Shown: positions 38,653-48,490 of the stretch, in pieces
How the letters are laid out: each line of letters starts with the position of its first letter
Position numbering within the stretch: the stretch's first letter is position 1
Position numbers and translations under genes: made by a program
The notes under the pieces: generated by a model
The model's input: the letters and a program-made list of their open reading frames with translations, nothing else
Database searches by the model: none
Told to the model about the DNA's origin: nothing
Assembly (NCBI GenBank): GCA_965206595.1
Contig: OZ242214.1
Location: 5,886,675-5,950,674 of the forward strand
Source: Candidatus Latescibacterota bacterium
Lineage (GTDB): Bacteria; Latescibacterota; UBA2968; UBA8231
DNA length: 64,000 nt
Direction of reading: 5' to 3'

Positions 38653-39622
38653 GCTCACCTACACGGAAGCGGCCCGCGAAGGCCTGAGCGAGGAGATGGC
38701 CGCCGACCCGACGGTCTTCGTGGTCGGCCAGGGGATCGGTCCTCGGGGCGGCAACTTCAACACCACCACCAGCCTGCACGAGATCTACGGCGACATGCGG
38801 CTGCGCGACACGGGGATCACCGAGCGCGGGTTCACCGGCCTGTGCACGGGGGCCGCGATGACCGGTTCGCGTCCGGTCGTCGACTACATGTTTCACGACT
38901 TCGCCCTCGACGCCCTCGGCGAGATCGTCAACCAGATCCCCAAGATCCAGTACATGAGCAGTGGCCGTCTGCGTATGCCGATCGTGCTGCGCGGCTGCAT
39001 CGGCGTCGGCGGGGCCGCGGCGACCCATCACTCCGGCAGCTACTATCCGCTGTTCGCGCACCTGCCCGGCTTCCGGGTCTGCCTGCCGAGCACGCCGTAC
39101 GACGTCAAGGGGCTGCTTAAGACGTCGATCCGCAGCGACGATCCGGTAATCTTCATGGAGCACAAGTCGCTGCTCAACACCCGCGGTCCGGTTCCCGAAG
39201 AGGAGTACACCATCCCCTTCGGCGAGGCGTCGATCCGCCGCCGGGGGGAACACGCCACCGTCGTCGCCCTGACCACCATGGTGGGGCGCACCCTCGAGGT
39301 CGCCGCCGGGCTCGAGGCCGAGGGGATCTCCCTCGAGGTCATCGATCCCCGCACCGTCGCCCCGCTCGACATCGACGCCGTGCTCGAGTCGGTGCACAAG
39401 ACCGGACGTCTGCTCGTGGTCGACGAGACCTGGGCCCCTTGCGGCATAGGGGCGGAGATCGCCGCACAGGTGATCGACCGCGGCTTCGACGATCTCGACG
39501 CGCCGATCCGGCGCCTGAATGGAGCCCACACCAACATCCCCTACAGCGCCCCGCTCGAGGCGGCCGTCGTGCCGCAGAAGGGGGACATCCGCGACGCTGT
39601 CCGGGAGCTGGTCGCCGAGTAG
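38645..39622 (+). CDS. Dehydrogenase E1 beta subunit (transketolase-like)
   Basis: Typical E1-beta sequence; ATG overlaps the alpha stop. Confidence 0.85.
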   Translation: MRELTYTEAAREGLSEEMAADPTVFVVGQGIGPRGGNFNTTTSLHEIYGDMRLRDTGITERGFTGLCTGAAMTGSRPVVDYMFHDFALDALGEIVNQIPKIQYMSSGRLRMPIVLRGCIGVGGAAATHHSGSYYPLFAHLPGFRVCLPSTPYDVKGLLKTSIRSDDPVIFMEHKSLLNTRGPVPEEEYTIPFGEASIRRRGEHATVVALTTMVGRTLEVAAGLEAEGISLEVIDPRTVAPLDIDAVLESVHKTGRLLVVDETWAPCGIGAEIAAQVIDRGFDDLDAPIRRLNGAHTNIPYSAPLEAAVVPQKGDIRDAVRELVAE

Positions 39623-39630
39623 GAGCAGCA

Positions 39631-40725
39631 GTGGCGGTCGACGTCGTCATGCCCCGCCTCGGGTGGACCATGGAGGAGGGCACCCTGGTGGAGTGGACGA
39701 GGAAGGACGGCGACGCGATCGCCGCGGGCGAGGTGATCATGCTGGTCGAGAGCGACAAGGCGGTCACCGAGGTAGAGTCGTTCGATGACGGCATCCTGCG
39801 CATTCCCCCTGACTCGCCCCCCCCGGGAACCACGGTGCCGATCGGTACCGTGCTCGCCTTCATCCTGCAGCCGGGCGAGGAGATGCCGGAGTCTCCGACC
39901 GGGAGCGCGCCTGAAGCCACGGCCTCGGAGTTGCCCGGACCGGTTCCGGCGGCTGCACCGGAAACCGCGCTGGCCGTCTCTCCGGTCCCGGTCCCGGTTC
40001 CGGCGCAGGCACAGGCTCCCCCGCCCCGCGGGCGCCGCGGGTCGGCGATTTCCCCGCGCGCCCGTAGGGTTGCGGTCGAGCTTGGTATCGACTGGCAGCG
40101 CCTGCGCGGCAGCGGCCGCAGCGGCCGTATTGTCGAACGCGACGTGCGCGCCGCCGCGAAAACCGCATCCGCGGTACCTGCCGCAGCGGCCGCCTCTCAG
40201 GCCGCAGAGGTGGATATGACGGCGTTCGTCAGCCACTGCGACCGGCTGGCGGAGCTGATGAAGCGGACCCCTGTCGTGCCGGGAATGTTCGACTTGGTTC
40301 TGCGCTCTGTTGGACAGGCCTTGGCAGAGGTGCCGTCCCTGTCGGGGGCGGACTCCGGTGTCCGCGTTCAGCGCGACGACTCCGCAGCGGTTCTCAAGAG
40401 CTTTCAGTCGCTCTCCGTTCTCGATATCGGCCGGGCCATGGCTGGGGACGAAACCGCTGGCCGCGGGGCAGTCGCGGCTTCGACTCCGTTCAACGTCATT
40501 GCCCTCGAGGGTGTCGATGCGCTGGCTCCCGGGCTGCCCCCCGGCGCCGTTGGCGTGCTGGGACTGGGTTCGGTGCGGGAGAGAGAGGGCGCCGCCGGGA
40601 CGAGGAAGTCCCTGAACCTGCAGTTGACCTACGACCTCTCGGCGGTGACGGACGCCGAGGCGCAGCAGTTCATGGGGGCGTTGCGGTCGTACCTCGAAGA
40701 CCCCTTCACCTGGCTCTCCTGGTGA
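39631..40725 (+). CDS. E2-like lipoyl protein (lipoyl domain plus E3-binding domain) with a degenerate acyltransferase domain
   Basis: Lipoyl-lysine motif ESDKA and E3-binding motif present; catalytic DHRxxDG replaced by DLSAVTD. Confidence 0.65.
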   Translation: MAVDVVMPRLGWTMEEGTLVEWTRKDGDAIAAGEVIMLVESDKAVTEVESFDDGILRIPPDSPPPGTTVPIGTVLAFILQPGEEMPESPTGSAPEATASELPGPVPAAAPETALAVSPVPVPVPAQAQAPPPRGRRGSAISPRARRVAVELGIDWQRLRGSGRSGRIVERDVRAAAKTASAVPAAAAASQAAEVDMTAFVSHCDRLAELMKRTPVVPGMFDLVLRSVGQALAEVPSLSGADSGVRVQRDDSAAVLKSFQSLSVLDIGRAMAGDETAGRGAVAASTPFNVIALEGVDALAPGLPPGAVGVLGLGSVREREGAAGTRKSLNLQLTYDLSAVTDAEAQQFMGALRSYLEDPFTWLSW

Positions 40726-40837
40726 TCTGAGCCGGGTGTTTCCTGGAATGATGGCGGCGATCGATCCGGGACAAGATGAGAATGGCGGCATGAGCGGCGC
40801 CGGGCGCTAAGAGGTGTTGCCGAGACAGGAGAACGGA

Positions 40838-41578
40838 ATGAAGCTGGCGGGCAAGATTGTAGTTACGACCGGAGGCGCCACAGGCATCGGGGGGGCAACC
40901 GCGGAACTGGGCGCGGCCGAGGGCGCCGTGTCGATCATCCTCGACTACAACCGGAACCAAGGCCGCGTCGCCCTCGAGCGCATCGAGAAAGCCGGGGGCA
41001 GGGGCGACTTCCACGAGGTCGACGTTCGCAGCGAGGAGCAGGTCGCCGGGGTGTTCGCGAAGATCGCCGCGGCCCATGGCCGGATCGACGTGCTGATCTG
41101 CAGCGCCGGGGTTCTAACCGGGGCTCACCAGGGAATTACGGAGCTGGCCGAAGAGGATTGGGACACCACCATCGACACCAACCTGAAGGGGACGTACCTG
41201 ACAGGAAAGCACGCGGCGCCCCTGCTCAGGGCTTCCCCGTCTTCGGTGCTGTTGCTGATATCCTCGGGCGCCGGGGTGAGCGGCGGCAGCTCGTCGTACG
41301 CCTACGCGGCGAGCAAGGGGGGGATGCACGGGATGCAGTACAACTTCGGCAACGAGCTGCCCGGTACCCGGGTTCACGTCGTCTGCCCCGGCAGCATCGC
41401 CACGCCGCTCAAGCTGAAGAACATCGGGCAGGCGGCCGTAAAACGGGGGGAGGACCCCGAAGCCGCCAAGGAAGCGGCGAAGAAAACCCTGGGCGACCCG
41501 ATGGGGATAGCCCGCGTTCTCGCTTTCCTCGCCTCGGACGACGCCGACTACATCAGGGGTGTGATCAGGACCCGGTAA
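40838..41578 (+). CDS. SDR-family oxidoreductase
   Basis: TGGATGIG… and catalytic Y-x3-K (YAYAASK). Confidence 0.8.
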   Translation: MKLAGKIVVTTGGATGIGGATAELGAAEGAVSIILDYNRNQGRVALERIEKAGGRGDFHEVDVRSEEQVAGVFAKIAAAHGRIDVLICSAGVLTGAHQGITELAEEDWDTTIDTNLKGTYLTGKHAAPLLRASPSSVLLLISSGAGVSGGSSSYAYAASKGGMHGMQYNFGNELPGTRVHVVCPGSIATPLKLKNIGQAAVKRGEDPEAAKEAAKKTLGDPMGIARVLAFLASDDADYIRGVIRTR

Positions 41579-41596
41579 ACTTGGAGTGTCTGTGCG

Positions 41597-42769
41597 CTAG
41601 TGTCATGTCGTGTAATTAACTGTACAAACAATTGAAAGTGCCGTAGGTTTCCCTTATCCCCCTTCTGAAAGGAGAGACCTATGGTGACGGGGCGTCCATT
41701 AACGCCGTTAGAGCTGAGTCCGTCGGACCGGGAACGACTGGAATCGATGGCCAAATCACGAAGTCTTCCCCACGGATTGGTGCGGCGAGCCGAGATGGTG
41801 CTGCTGGCCGCCGATGGCTGGCCCAATGAAGCGGTCGCTTCCGCGGTGGGTGTGACGCGAGCTACGGTGGGCAAATGGCGCCGGCGTTTTCTCGACAACG
41901 GACTCAATGGCTTGTATGATGAACTACGTTCAGGGGCGCCGCGATCGATCACGGACGAGCAGGTAGCCGAGGTGGTATACAAGACCCTGAAGACCAAGCC
42001 CAAAGACGAAACACAGTGGTCGGTGCGCTCCATGGGCGAAGAAACCGGCCTGACCAAGGACGCGGTTCATCGCATTTGGCGCACGTATGGTTTGCAGCCC
42101 CATCGACACAAGCGCTTCAAGCTTTCCACCGATCCTTTCTTTGTCGACAAAGTACGGGATATCGTCGGCTTGTACCTGAATCCCCCCGAGCACGCCTTGG
42201 TGCTGTGCGTGGACGAGAAGAGCCAGATCCAGGCGTTGGAACGAAGTCAGCCCATGCTGCCCCTGGGACTGGGATACGTGGAAGGGATTACGCACGACTA
42301 CAAGCGGCACGGCACCACCACCCTGTTTGCCGCCCTGGACATCGCCACCGGGGAAGTGATGACCCAGTGCAAGCCCCGTCATCGTCACCAGGAGTTCCTC
42401 CAGTTCCTGCGCCACATCGAGGCCAACGTGCCCGCTGACCTCGATATTCATCTCGTCGTCGACAACTACGCCACGCATAAGCATGCCAAGGTCAAGCGAT
42501 GGCTGGCACGGCGTCCCCGATTTCACCTTCACTACACTCCCACGTATGCTTCGTGGCTCAATCAGGTGGAGATCTGGTTCAATATCCTCACCCGCCAGGC
42601 GGTTCGGCGCGATTCGTTCCGCAAGGTGTCGGAGCTCATCGAGCGAATCGAACGCTACACGGCCAAATGGAACGCCAACGCACACCCTTTCGTCTGGACG
42701 GCTACGGCGGATTCCATCCTCGCCAAAATCAAGAGACTTTGTGAACGAATCTCTGCGACAGGACACTAG
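41597..42769 (+). mobile_element. IS630-family insertion sequence (~1.17 kb)
   Basis: Imperfect terminal inverted repeats ctagtgtcatgtcg / cgacaggacactag; TA at both ends; single DDE transposase; lower GC. Confidence 0.8.
41681..42769 (+). CDS. IS630-family DDE transposase (362 aa)
   Basis: N-terminal HTH plus DDE region (…LVLCVDEKS…, …[11 protein letters not shown]…, …[12 protein letters not shown]…). Confidence 0.85.
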   Translation: MVTGRPLTPLELSPSDRERLESMAKSRSLPHGLVRRAEMVLLAADGWPNEAVASAVGVTRATVGKWRRRFLDNGLNGLYDELRSGAPRSITDEQVAEVVYKTLKTKPKDETQWSVRSMGEETGLTKDAVHRIWRTYGLQPHRHKRFKLSTDPFFVDKVRDIVGLYLNPPEHALVLCVDEKSQIQALERSQPMLPLGLGYVEGITHDYKRHGTTTLFAALDIATGEVMTQCKPRHRHQEFLQFLRHIEANVPADLDIHLVVDNYATHKHAKVKRWLARRPRFHLHYTPTYASWLNQVEIWFNILTRQAVRRDSFRKVSELIERIERYTAKWNANAHPFVWTATADSILAKIKRLCERISATGH

Positions 42770-43653
42770 GGCATGATCTGCTTGCTGAGGACGGCGCGCG
42801 TCGTCACCGGAAACTCCCCCGGTTCGCAGCACTGGCAGATCTGCACGTCCGCGGCGGCGCTCATCAGCATGTAGGCCTCCTCGAAGCTCAGGCCCATCCG
42901 TTTCTGCATCAGCAGGACCATCTCTTCAGCCGCCATTCTCGCCGCGGCCCCCAGGTCCTGGTGGTCCCCGGTCGTTATCCAGGCGTCGTCCGTCTCGATA
43001 AGAGGACGGCGCAGCGGCTCCCCCTTGCGCAGCTCCACCCGGACCGTCACCTCGGCGCAGATCTCCAGGCCGATGAAGGTGATCTCGCCGTCTCCCATGG
43101 CCGCGTGGACGTCGCCGAGCGCCAGACCCGCTCCCGGAACCGCGATCGGCAAATGGATGCGGCTGCCGGCAGCGGCGTGCTTGTTGTCCATGTTGCCGCC
43201 GTGGGGACCGGCGAAGGCCGTGCGGATGCCGTCACCGGCTGGGGCTGTGCCGATCACTCCTATCATCGGGTGAGCGGGAAAGCGGATGTCGCCGAAACGG
43301 ACGACCCCGTCCTTCACCTCGACGATGCGCGTAGCGTACTCCTCTGCGAGATGGGCGAGCAGTCCCTCCCCCTTCTTCACCGCGAGGAAGCCATGGTCAG
43401 CAGGATCGATGGCCTCGACGTGAACGCACAGGCTGTCTCCTGGTTGGGCGCCGCGAACTTCAACGGGTCCTGTCGCCGGATTCGAGCCGTCGGGGTGGGG
43501 GCGGTCGAGCAGGTCGGCGTCAGTACGAATCGTTCCGGTGCGGGCGTCGAAGGTCTCGAACAGGACGGTGTCGCCGCTGTCGATCATCGCGGCAGGGGGC
43601 AGCTCCTTGTCGAGGCGGTACTGGATGTGATCGCGGGTTATGCGATGTATCAT
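42766..43653 (-). CDS. Acetamidase/formamidase-family (FmdA_AmdA) protein
   Basis: FmdA/AmdA-like sequence; its TAG stop codon lies inside the IS630 right terminal repeat. Confidence 0.65.
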   Translation of the reverse strand: MIHRITRDHIQYRLDKELPPAAMIDSGDTVLFETFDARTGTIRTDADLLDRPHPDGSNPATGPVEVRGAQPGDSLCVHVEAIDPADHGFLAVKKGEGLLAHLAEEYATRIVEVKDGVVRFGDIRFPAHPMIGVIGTAPAGDGIRTAFAGPHGGNMDNKHAAAGSRIHLPIAVPGAGLALGDVHAAMGDGEITFIGLEICAEVTVRVELRKGEPLRRPLIETDDAWITTGDHQDLGAAARMAAEEMVLLMQKRMGLSFEEAYMLMSAAADVQICQCCEPGEFPVTTRAVLSKQIMP

Positions 43654-43796
43654 GCCGCCCTGGCTTGTCCGGGGAAAGGTGCTTTTGCGGGGGCAAAAGG
43701 ATCGCGCGGATTCCGCGTCTACCGGGCAATCCGGCATGGTTGAGGGGCTGTTCAGGCTGCGGGCAAGCAGATGATCGGGAGGACCAGGAGGCGTCC

Positions 43797-44120
43797 TCAG
43801 ATCTCCGTGGCTTTGTCGCTGCCGGTTCCTTCCAGGTCGGCCCTGATCCGCCCGAGCTCCTCCTCCTTCTCCGTCAGCTCGCGCTCACAGGCCCGGATCC
43901 GGTCGCATAGTTCCTGCACCGCGGAGTCGTCCGGCGCGGGGATCCTGCCCGACTGCACGCGGCTGTAGACCTCGTTCCCCAGTTCGGCCTTGAGCCTGGA
44001 AAGGCGGGTCTTGGCAGCGGCAATGTCGAGCCGGGCACGGCCGAGAAGGGTCAGCTCCTCGGCCTTGTTGACGGCCAACTCGGCTCCGTCATGGAGCCCT
44101 CTCTTGATGCTGTTCCACAT
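43797..44120 (-). CDS. Hypothetical coiled-coil protein (107 aa)
   Basis: Heptad-rich sequence; start at the internal Met. Confidence 0.4.
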   Translation of the reverse strand: MWNSIKRGLHDGAELAVNKAEELTLLGRARLDIAAAKTRLSRLKAELGNEVYSRVQSGRIPAPDDSAVQELCDRIRACERELTEKEEELGRIRADLEGTGSDKATEI

Positions 44121-44197
44121 TTTTTCCACGTCAGGTCTCCGTATTCGAGTGTCGCTTCCTGTTGCCGCGGCGCACCCCGGTCCGTGGTTTTCCGCAA

Positions 44198-44247
44198 TAA
44201 AAAAACCGCCAAACCATTTCGATGTCGGCTTGCAGCATCGAAATGGC
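44198..44247 (-). terminator. Rho-independent terminator downstream of rpsR
   Basis: 11-bp stem ccatttcgatg…catcgaaatgg followed by a U-run on the minus strand. Confidence 0.5.
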
Positions 44248-44348
44248 ATCGGCGGTATTGCGGGCGGATTCTCCGCGAGCCGGCATCCGGAAGCAACAGG
44301 TGCCTCCGGCGCTTCTTCCCGAATCCCGGGCTCGAACCCGGCGGCGGA

Positions 44349-44633
44349 CTAGCGGGTGTCGTTGATCGAGTACGGCAGCAGACCGAGGTGACGCGCCCGC
44401 TTGATGGCCTGAACGATACGCGCCTGCTGCTTGCGGTTCGCACCGGTTCGCCGCGCTGCTTCGATCTTGCCGCTGGGACCCAGGAATCTGGAAAGGACGT
44501 CGAGCTTCTTGTAGTCTATGTCTTCCAGTTTGAGCTTGGCGGTGAACTCTTTGCGGCTGGATCTGTTGATTTTCCAATCCCCTTGAGAGAGCGTTAAGCC
44601 GGTTAAACTACCGAGTTTGGGCGCCAAAGTCAA
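44349..44633 (-). CDS. rpsR: Ribosomal protein S18, Cys-less (C-minus) paralog type
   Basis: …IDYKKLDVLSRF…GKI…RTGANRKQQARIVQAIKRARHLGLLPY…; isolated from the rpsF/rplI context; TTG start. Confidence 0.7.
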   Translation of the reverse strand: MTLAPKLGSLTGLTLSQGDWKINRSSRKEFTAKLKLEDIDYKKLDVLSRFLGPSGKIEAARRTGANRKQQARIVQAIKRARHLGLLPYSINDTR

Positions 44634-44650
44634 TTTTCCATCGGGTTGCA

Positions 44651-45079
44651 GTGAACGACGTTCGCATACATTCCGGCTTCGCGATTCCCGAGCGGGAACT
44701 GCGGTTTGTTTTCACCGCCAGCCCCGGCCCGGGAGGGCAGAACGTCAACCGCGTCAACACGCGAGCGGAGCTCCGCTTTGACGTGAAGGGGAGCCCATCC
44801 CTCGACGAGGTGCAGAGAGGCCGCATTCTCCGCGCCCTCGGCTCCCGGCTTTCCGGGGAAGGCATTCTGGCGATTCGGTCTTCCCGCTTCCGGTCCCAGT
44901 GGCGCAACAGGGCCGATTGCATCGACCGCTTCGTCCGCCAGATCGCCGAAGCCCTGCGTCCGCCCCCGAAACCGCGCAAGCGCACCCGGCCCAGCCCGGC
45001 CTCCCAAGCCCGTCGAATCCAGCAGAAGCGCAATCAGTCGCTGAAGAAGGCGCTGCGCCGGCGTCCTCCGACGGCGTAA
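44651..45079 (+). CDS. arfB: Alternative ribosome-rescue factor ArfB (peptidyl-tRNA hydrolase, GGQ)
   Basis: GGQ motif SPGPGGQNVNRVNT plus a basic C-terminal tail. Confidence 0.8.
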   Translation: MNDVRIHSGFAIPERELRFVFTASPGPGGQNVNRVNTRAELRFDVKGSPSLDEVQRGRILRALGSRLSGEGILAIRSSRFRSQWRNRADCIDRFVRQIAEALRPPPKPRKRTRPSPASQARRIQQKRNQSLKKALRRRPPTA

Positions 45080-45419
45080 ACGAGTCGCCATCGTCTGGAC
45101 GGGGTGGTCCGGTCTGCAGAAGGGCGTTCGGATCCGGGTTCCTGAAGTTCTGGGGGGAGATGCCAGACGGCTTCGCCCGCGCACCGCCGCCGTCATCCCC
45201 TCCGGAACCTCTCGCCGCTTCGGGGGACCGGCCCTGCCCGGTTTCACCATTCCTAGCCTCCCCCCCCATTCCGAAATGACTTGCGAAAGTTTAATGTCAT
45301 GCGTTAAGTTGACGTTAACGTAAAAGTCGTGATTGAAAATCGGCGCCACGGGAACCAGGTGTCCCGTGGCGCCGTCCATGAAGACTGAAACCCCCTTGGC
45401 GACAGTCAGGAGACAGTTG

Positions 45420-46268
45420 ATGCCTGGAACGAAGGAGCGGGACAAGGTCGAGAACCTCACCGAGATCTATTGGCGCGATATCAGGGACACCCAGCCGCTG
45501 AGCCGCTTGGAAGAGTTCGATCTGTTCACTCGCATCAAGCAGGGGGATGAAGAGGCGAGGGAAAAAGTCATTACCGCCAACCTCAGGTTCGTCGTCAGCG
45601 TCGCGCGTGAATACAAGGATTACGGGCTTTCGCTGCTCGAGCTGGTCTCCGAGGGCAACGTCGGTCTTCTCGAGGCGGTCAAGAGATTCGACGAGACTCG
45701 CGGGTTCAAGTTCATCACGTACGCCGTCTGGTGGATCCGTCAGGCGATCCTCAAGGCCCTGGCCGAGCATGGAAGGATCGCCCGCCCGCCGATGAGCCAG
45801 GTGAACGACCTGCAGAAGATCGAGAAAGAGGCGGGGGTGCTCGGCCAGCGCCTCGGCCGCGAGCCGACCGATGCCGAGCTCTGCGAGCATGTCGACATCA
45901 GCTGGGTGCGAGCTCGAAACGCCCGGCGGATATCGCAACAGGACCTCTCCTTCGACGCCCCGGTCTTCCCCGACGAAAACACGACCCTTCATGCCGTGAT
46001 CGGGTCGGACCAGGAAGGTGCCGAGGATGTCCTCCACGAGGGCGAGATGAAACGCAGGATCGCCGACTGCCTGGAGATCCTCGACGAGCGCGAGTACCGG
46101 ATTGTCCGCGACTACTACGGGTTCGGCAGCCTGCCGCCGATGACCCTGGAGGAGATCGGCGGAACCCTGGGTGTCACGCGCGAACGCGTCCGGCAGCTCC
46201 GCAACCGCGCCCTGGAAAAGCTGCGCGAAAGCTGCGGGGAAACCCTCGTCCTGCTCTCGGAAAACTAG
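45420..46268 (+). CDS. RNA polymerase sigma factor, sigma-70 family (group 3-like, 282 aa)
   Basis: Regions 2 (…FITYAVWWIRQAI…), 3 and 4.2 (…LEEIGGTLGVTRERVRQLRNRALEKLR…); AGGAG RBS. Confidence 0.8.
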   Translation: MPGTKERDKVENLTEIYWRDIRDTQPLSRLEEFDLFTRIKQGDEEAREKVITANLRFVVSVAREYKDYGLSLLELVSEGNVGLLEAVKRFDETRGFKFITYAVWWIRQAILKALAEHGRIARPPMSQVNDLQKIEKEAGVLGQRLGREPTDAELCEHVDISWVRARNARRISQQDLSFDAPVFPDENTTLHAVIGSDQEGAEDVLHEGEMKRRIADCLEILDEREYRIVRDYYGFGSLPPMTLEEIGGTLGVTRERVRQLRNRALEKLRESCGETLVLLSEN

Positions 46269-46409
46269 GGTCGCGTCCCCCGAAAAACCGGGAGTTGACC
46301 CGCATGGCGCAGCTTGGGGAACCCTCTTCCTGTCTGTGCATTGCGCCTTTTCCGCCCATTCGGCGCCAGCGCTCCCTGCAGGTGGGGCGTTCGGTCACCG
46401 ATCCAGCCA

Positions 46410-48260
46410 TTATTCCGGCACACCCGCCGGGGGTTCCCCGGGCCGCCCGTCACCCGGCGATTTTTCCAAACCCGGCAGCAGGGCTTCGAGCTGTTCTACC
46501 GGCTCGCGCAGGGTCTCAATGGCGCCGCGCCAGAAGTCCGGGGACTCCAGCTCGCATCCGACCGTGGAGCGCGCCACCTCCTCCGCGGTAGCGCTTCCCG
46601 TCAGCCGCAGGAACTGCTCGTAGCGAGGCAGGAAGCCGGCCCCCTCCTCCCTGAAGCGGGCGAACAGACCCCGGCTGAGCAGGAATCCGTAGGTGTAGGG
46701 AAAGTTGTAGAACGTCACCCCGGTGATGTAGAAGTGCAGCTTCGAGGCCCAGAACAGCGGGTCCTCTCCTCCCGGAATCAGCAGGTCGCCGAACAGCTCG
46801 CGCTGGGTCGAGACCATCAGCTCCTTCAGACGGCTGACCGCGACCTCCCCCTTCGAACGCTCCTCGTGAAAGCGCTTTTCGAACTCGTAGCGTACCGGGA
46901 TGTCCATCAGGTAGATGGTCGCGTGAGCGGTCTCCAGGTCGAGGATGCGCGCCTTCTCCTTGTCTCCGATCCCCGGGTCGGCCAGCAGCCCCTCCGTCAG
47001 GATCATCTCGGCGAAAGTCGATGCGGATTCGGCCAGTGTCATCGGGTACTGGTGCGCCAACGGACGCACTTCCCGCATTACGTGGCTGTGGAAGGCGTGG
47101 CCGGCCTCGTGCGCCAGCGTGCGCACGTCGTTGGCGCTGTCGTTGAAGGTCATGTAGATCCGCGATTCCCGCGTCAGGAGCGAGCCGGCGCAGAACGCTC
47201 CCGCCCGCTTGCCCGCCCGCGGCTCCCATTCGATCCACCCTGCGTCGATCAGGCCGCGAGTGAAGCGGCCGAGCTCGGGATAGGCGCCGGAGAACGCCGC
47301 GGTGACCAGCTCTCCGGCCTCGGTCCAGGAGATTCCGGATGATTGCCTGCTCTCCAGAGGCAGGGGGGCCTCGAGATCGTACCAGGCGACGCCGTCCGTG
47401 CCCATCGCGTCCGCTTTCAGCCGCAGGATGCGCCGCGGCAGCTCGGAGGCGTCGAAAATCGCCTCGAACATCGCGTCGAGGGTCTTGCGAGAGGTGGCCG
47501 CCTGAAACAGGGCGACGTCGAGGAAGTGGTCGATGCCGCGATTGCGGTTGAGCGTGAGGCGCGTCCCGGCGATGGCGTTGAGGGCCGCCGCGGCCACGTC
47601 CTCGACTTCCGACCAGGCGCGGTTGCCTCCTGCGAAGGCAGCCTGCCGCACCGCCCGGTCCGGGTGGCCGGTCAGGGCGCGCCGCTGGGACATCGGCAGG
47701 CGCTCGCTGCGGCCGTCGGGCCAGATCATGTCGAACTCCAGCTTCCCCGACAGGGTGTCGTAGAGACGGCCCCAGGCGTGGATCCCGTCCACTGCGAGGT
47801 CGGAGGCAACCCGTTCTTCTCCGGGCGCCATGGTGCGCCGCCCCAGCTCGCGGACGCGGATCAGGTGGTGGGCGCAACCGGCGAGTTGGGGGGCTTCGAG
47901 AAAGGCGGAGAACTCCGCTTCCCCCGCTCCCGCCAGGCCCCGCTTGAGCTCGACGTCCAGCTTTTCCGAGCGCGCTTCGATCAGGGCGAAGGCAGTTTCC
48001 TCTCCCTTGTAGGCCTCGTTGGCGGCCTCGGCCGCGGTCAGGCAGCCGAGGTAGGAGCCCAGGTGGGAAAGCCGCGCCAGCAGCTCCTCGGTGCGGACGA
48101 AGACAGCTACCCAGTCGCCGATGTTGTTGTCCTGTCCGAGCGGGGCCAGGGAAGCGGCCTCCTGTTCGACGGCATCCAGGTCGCGCTTGAGCTCCTGCTT
48201 GAAGCGGCGCATCTCCGGCCCGTCGAAAGAGGGGAAGTAGCTGCTCAGATCCCAGTTCAT
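46410..48260 (-). CDS. pepF: M3-family oligoendopeptidase (PepF-like)
   Basis: Zinc motif HEAGHAFH; 616 aa. Confidence 0.85.
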   Translation of the reverse strand: MNWDLSSYFPSFDGPEMRRFKQELKRDLDAVEQEAASLAPLGQDNNIGDWVAVFVRTEELLARLSHLGSYLGCLTAAEAANEAYKGEETAFALIEARSEKLDVELKRGLAGAGEAEFSAFLEAPQLAGCAHHLIRVRELGRRTMAPGEERVASDLAVDGIHAWGRLYDTLSGKLEFDMIWPDGRSERLPMSQRRALTGHPDRAVRQAAFAGGNRAWSEVEDVAAAALNAIAGTRLTLNRNRGIDHFLDVALFQAATSRKTLDAMFEAIFDASELPRRILRLKADAMGTDGVAWYDLEAPLPLESRQSSGISWTEAGELVTAAFSGAYPELGRFTRGLIDAGWIEWEPRAGKRAGAFCAGSLLTRESRIYMTFNDSANDVRTLAHEAGHAFHSHVMREVRPLAHQYPMTLAESASTFAEMILTEGLLADPGIGDKEKARILDLETAHATIYLMDIPVRYEFEKRFHEERSKGEVAVSRLKELMVSTQRELFGDLLIPGGEDPLFWASKLHFYITGVTFYNFPYTYGFLLSRGLFARFREEGAGFLPRYEQFLRLTGSATAEEVARSTVGCELESPDFWRGAIETLREPVEQLEALLPGLEKSPGDGRPGEPPAGVPE

Positions 48261-48490
48261 TGGCTAATGGCCCTGGTTGCGCCGGCCAGCGAGGGCCGGC
48301 TTCAGCGAGTCCGGTACGGCGACGAGATCGATGCGGGTCCTGTCGGCGACGAGGCCCAGCGCCCGCACCAGGTTGACGGCCGTCGGCGCGTGCCGCAGCT
48401 GTTGGCAAACGGTACGGCGAGCAACTCGCCGGGGCTGCAGGCGGGTGACCTTCGGGCCGACGGGACGGAGGGAGTTGCAGCCGGCGGAGG

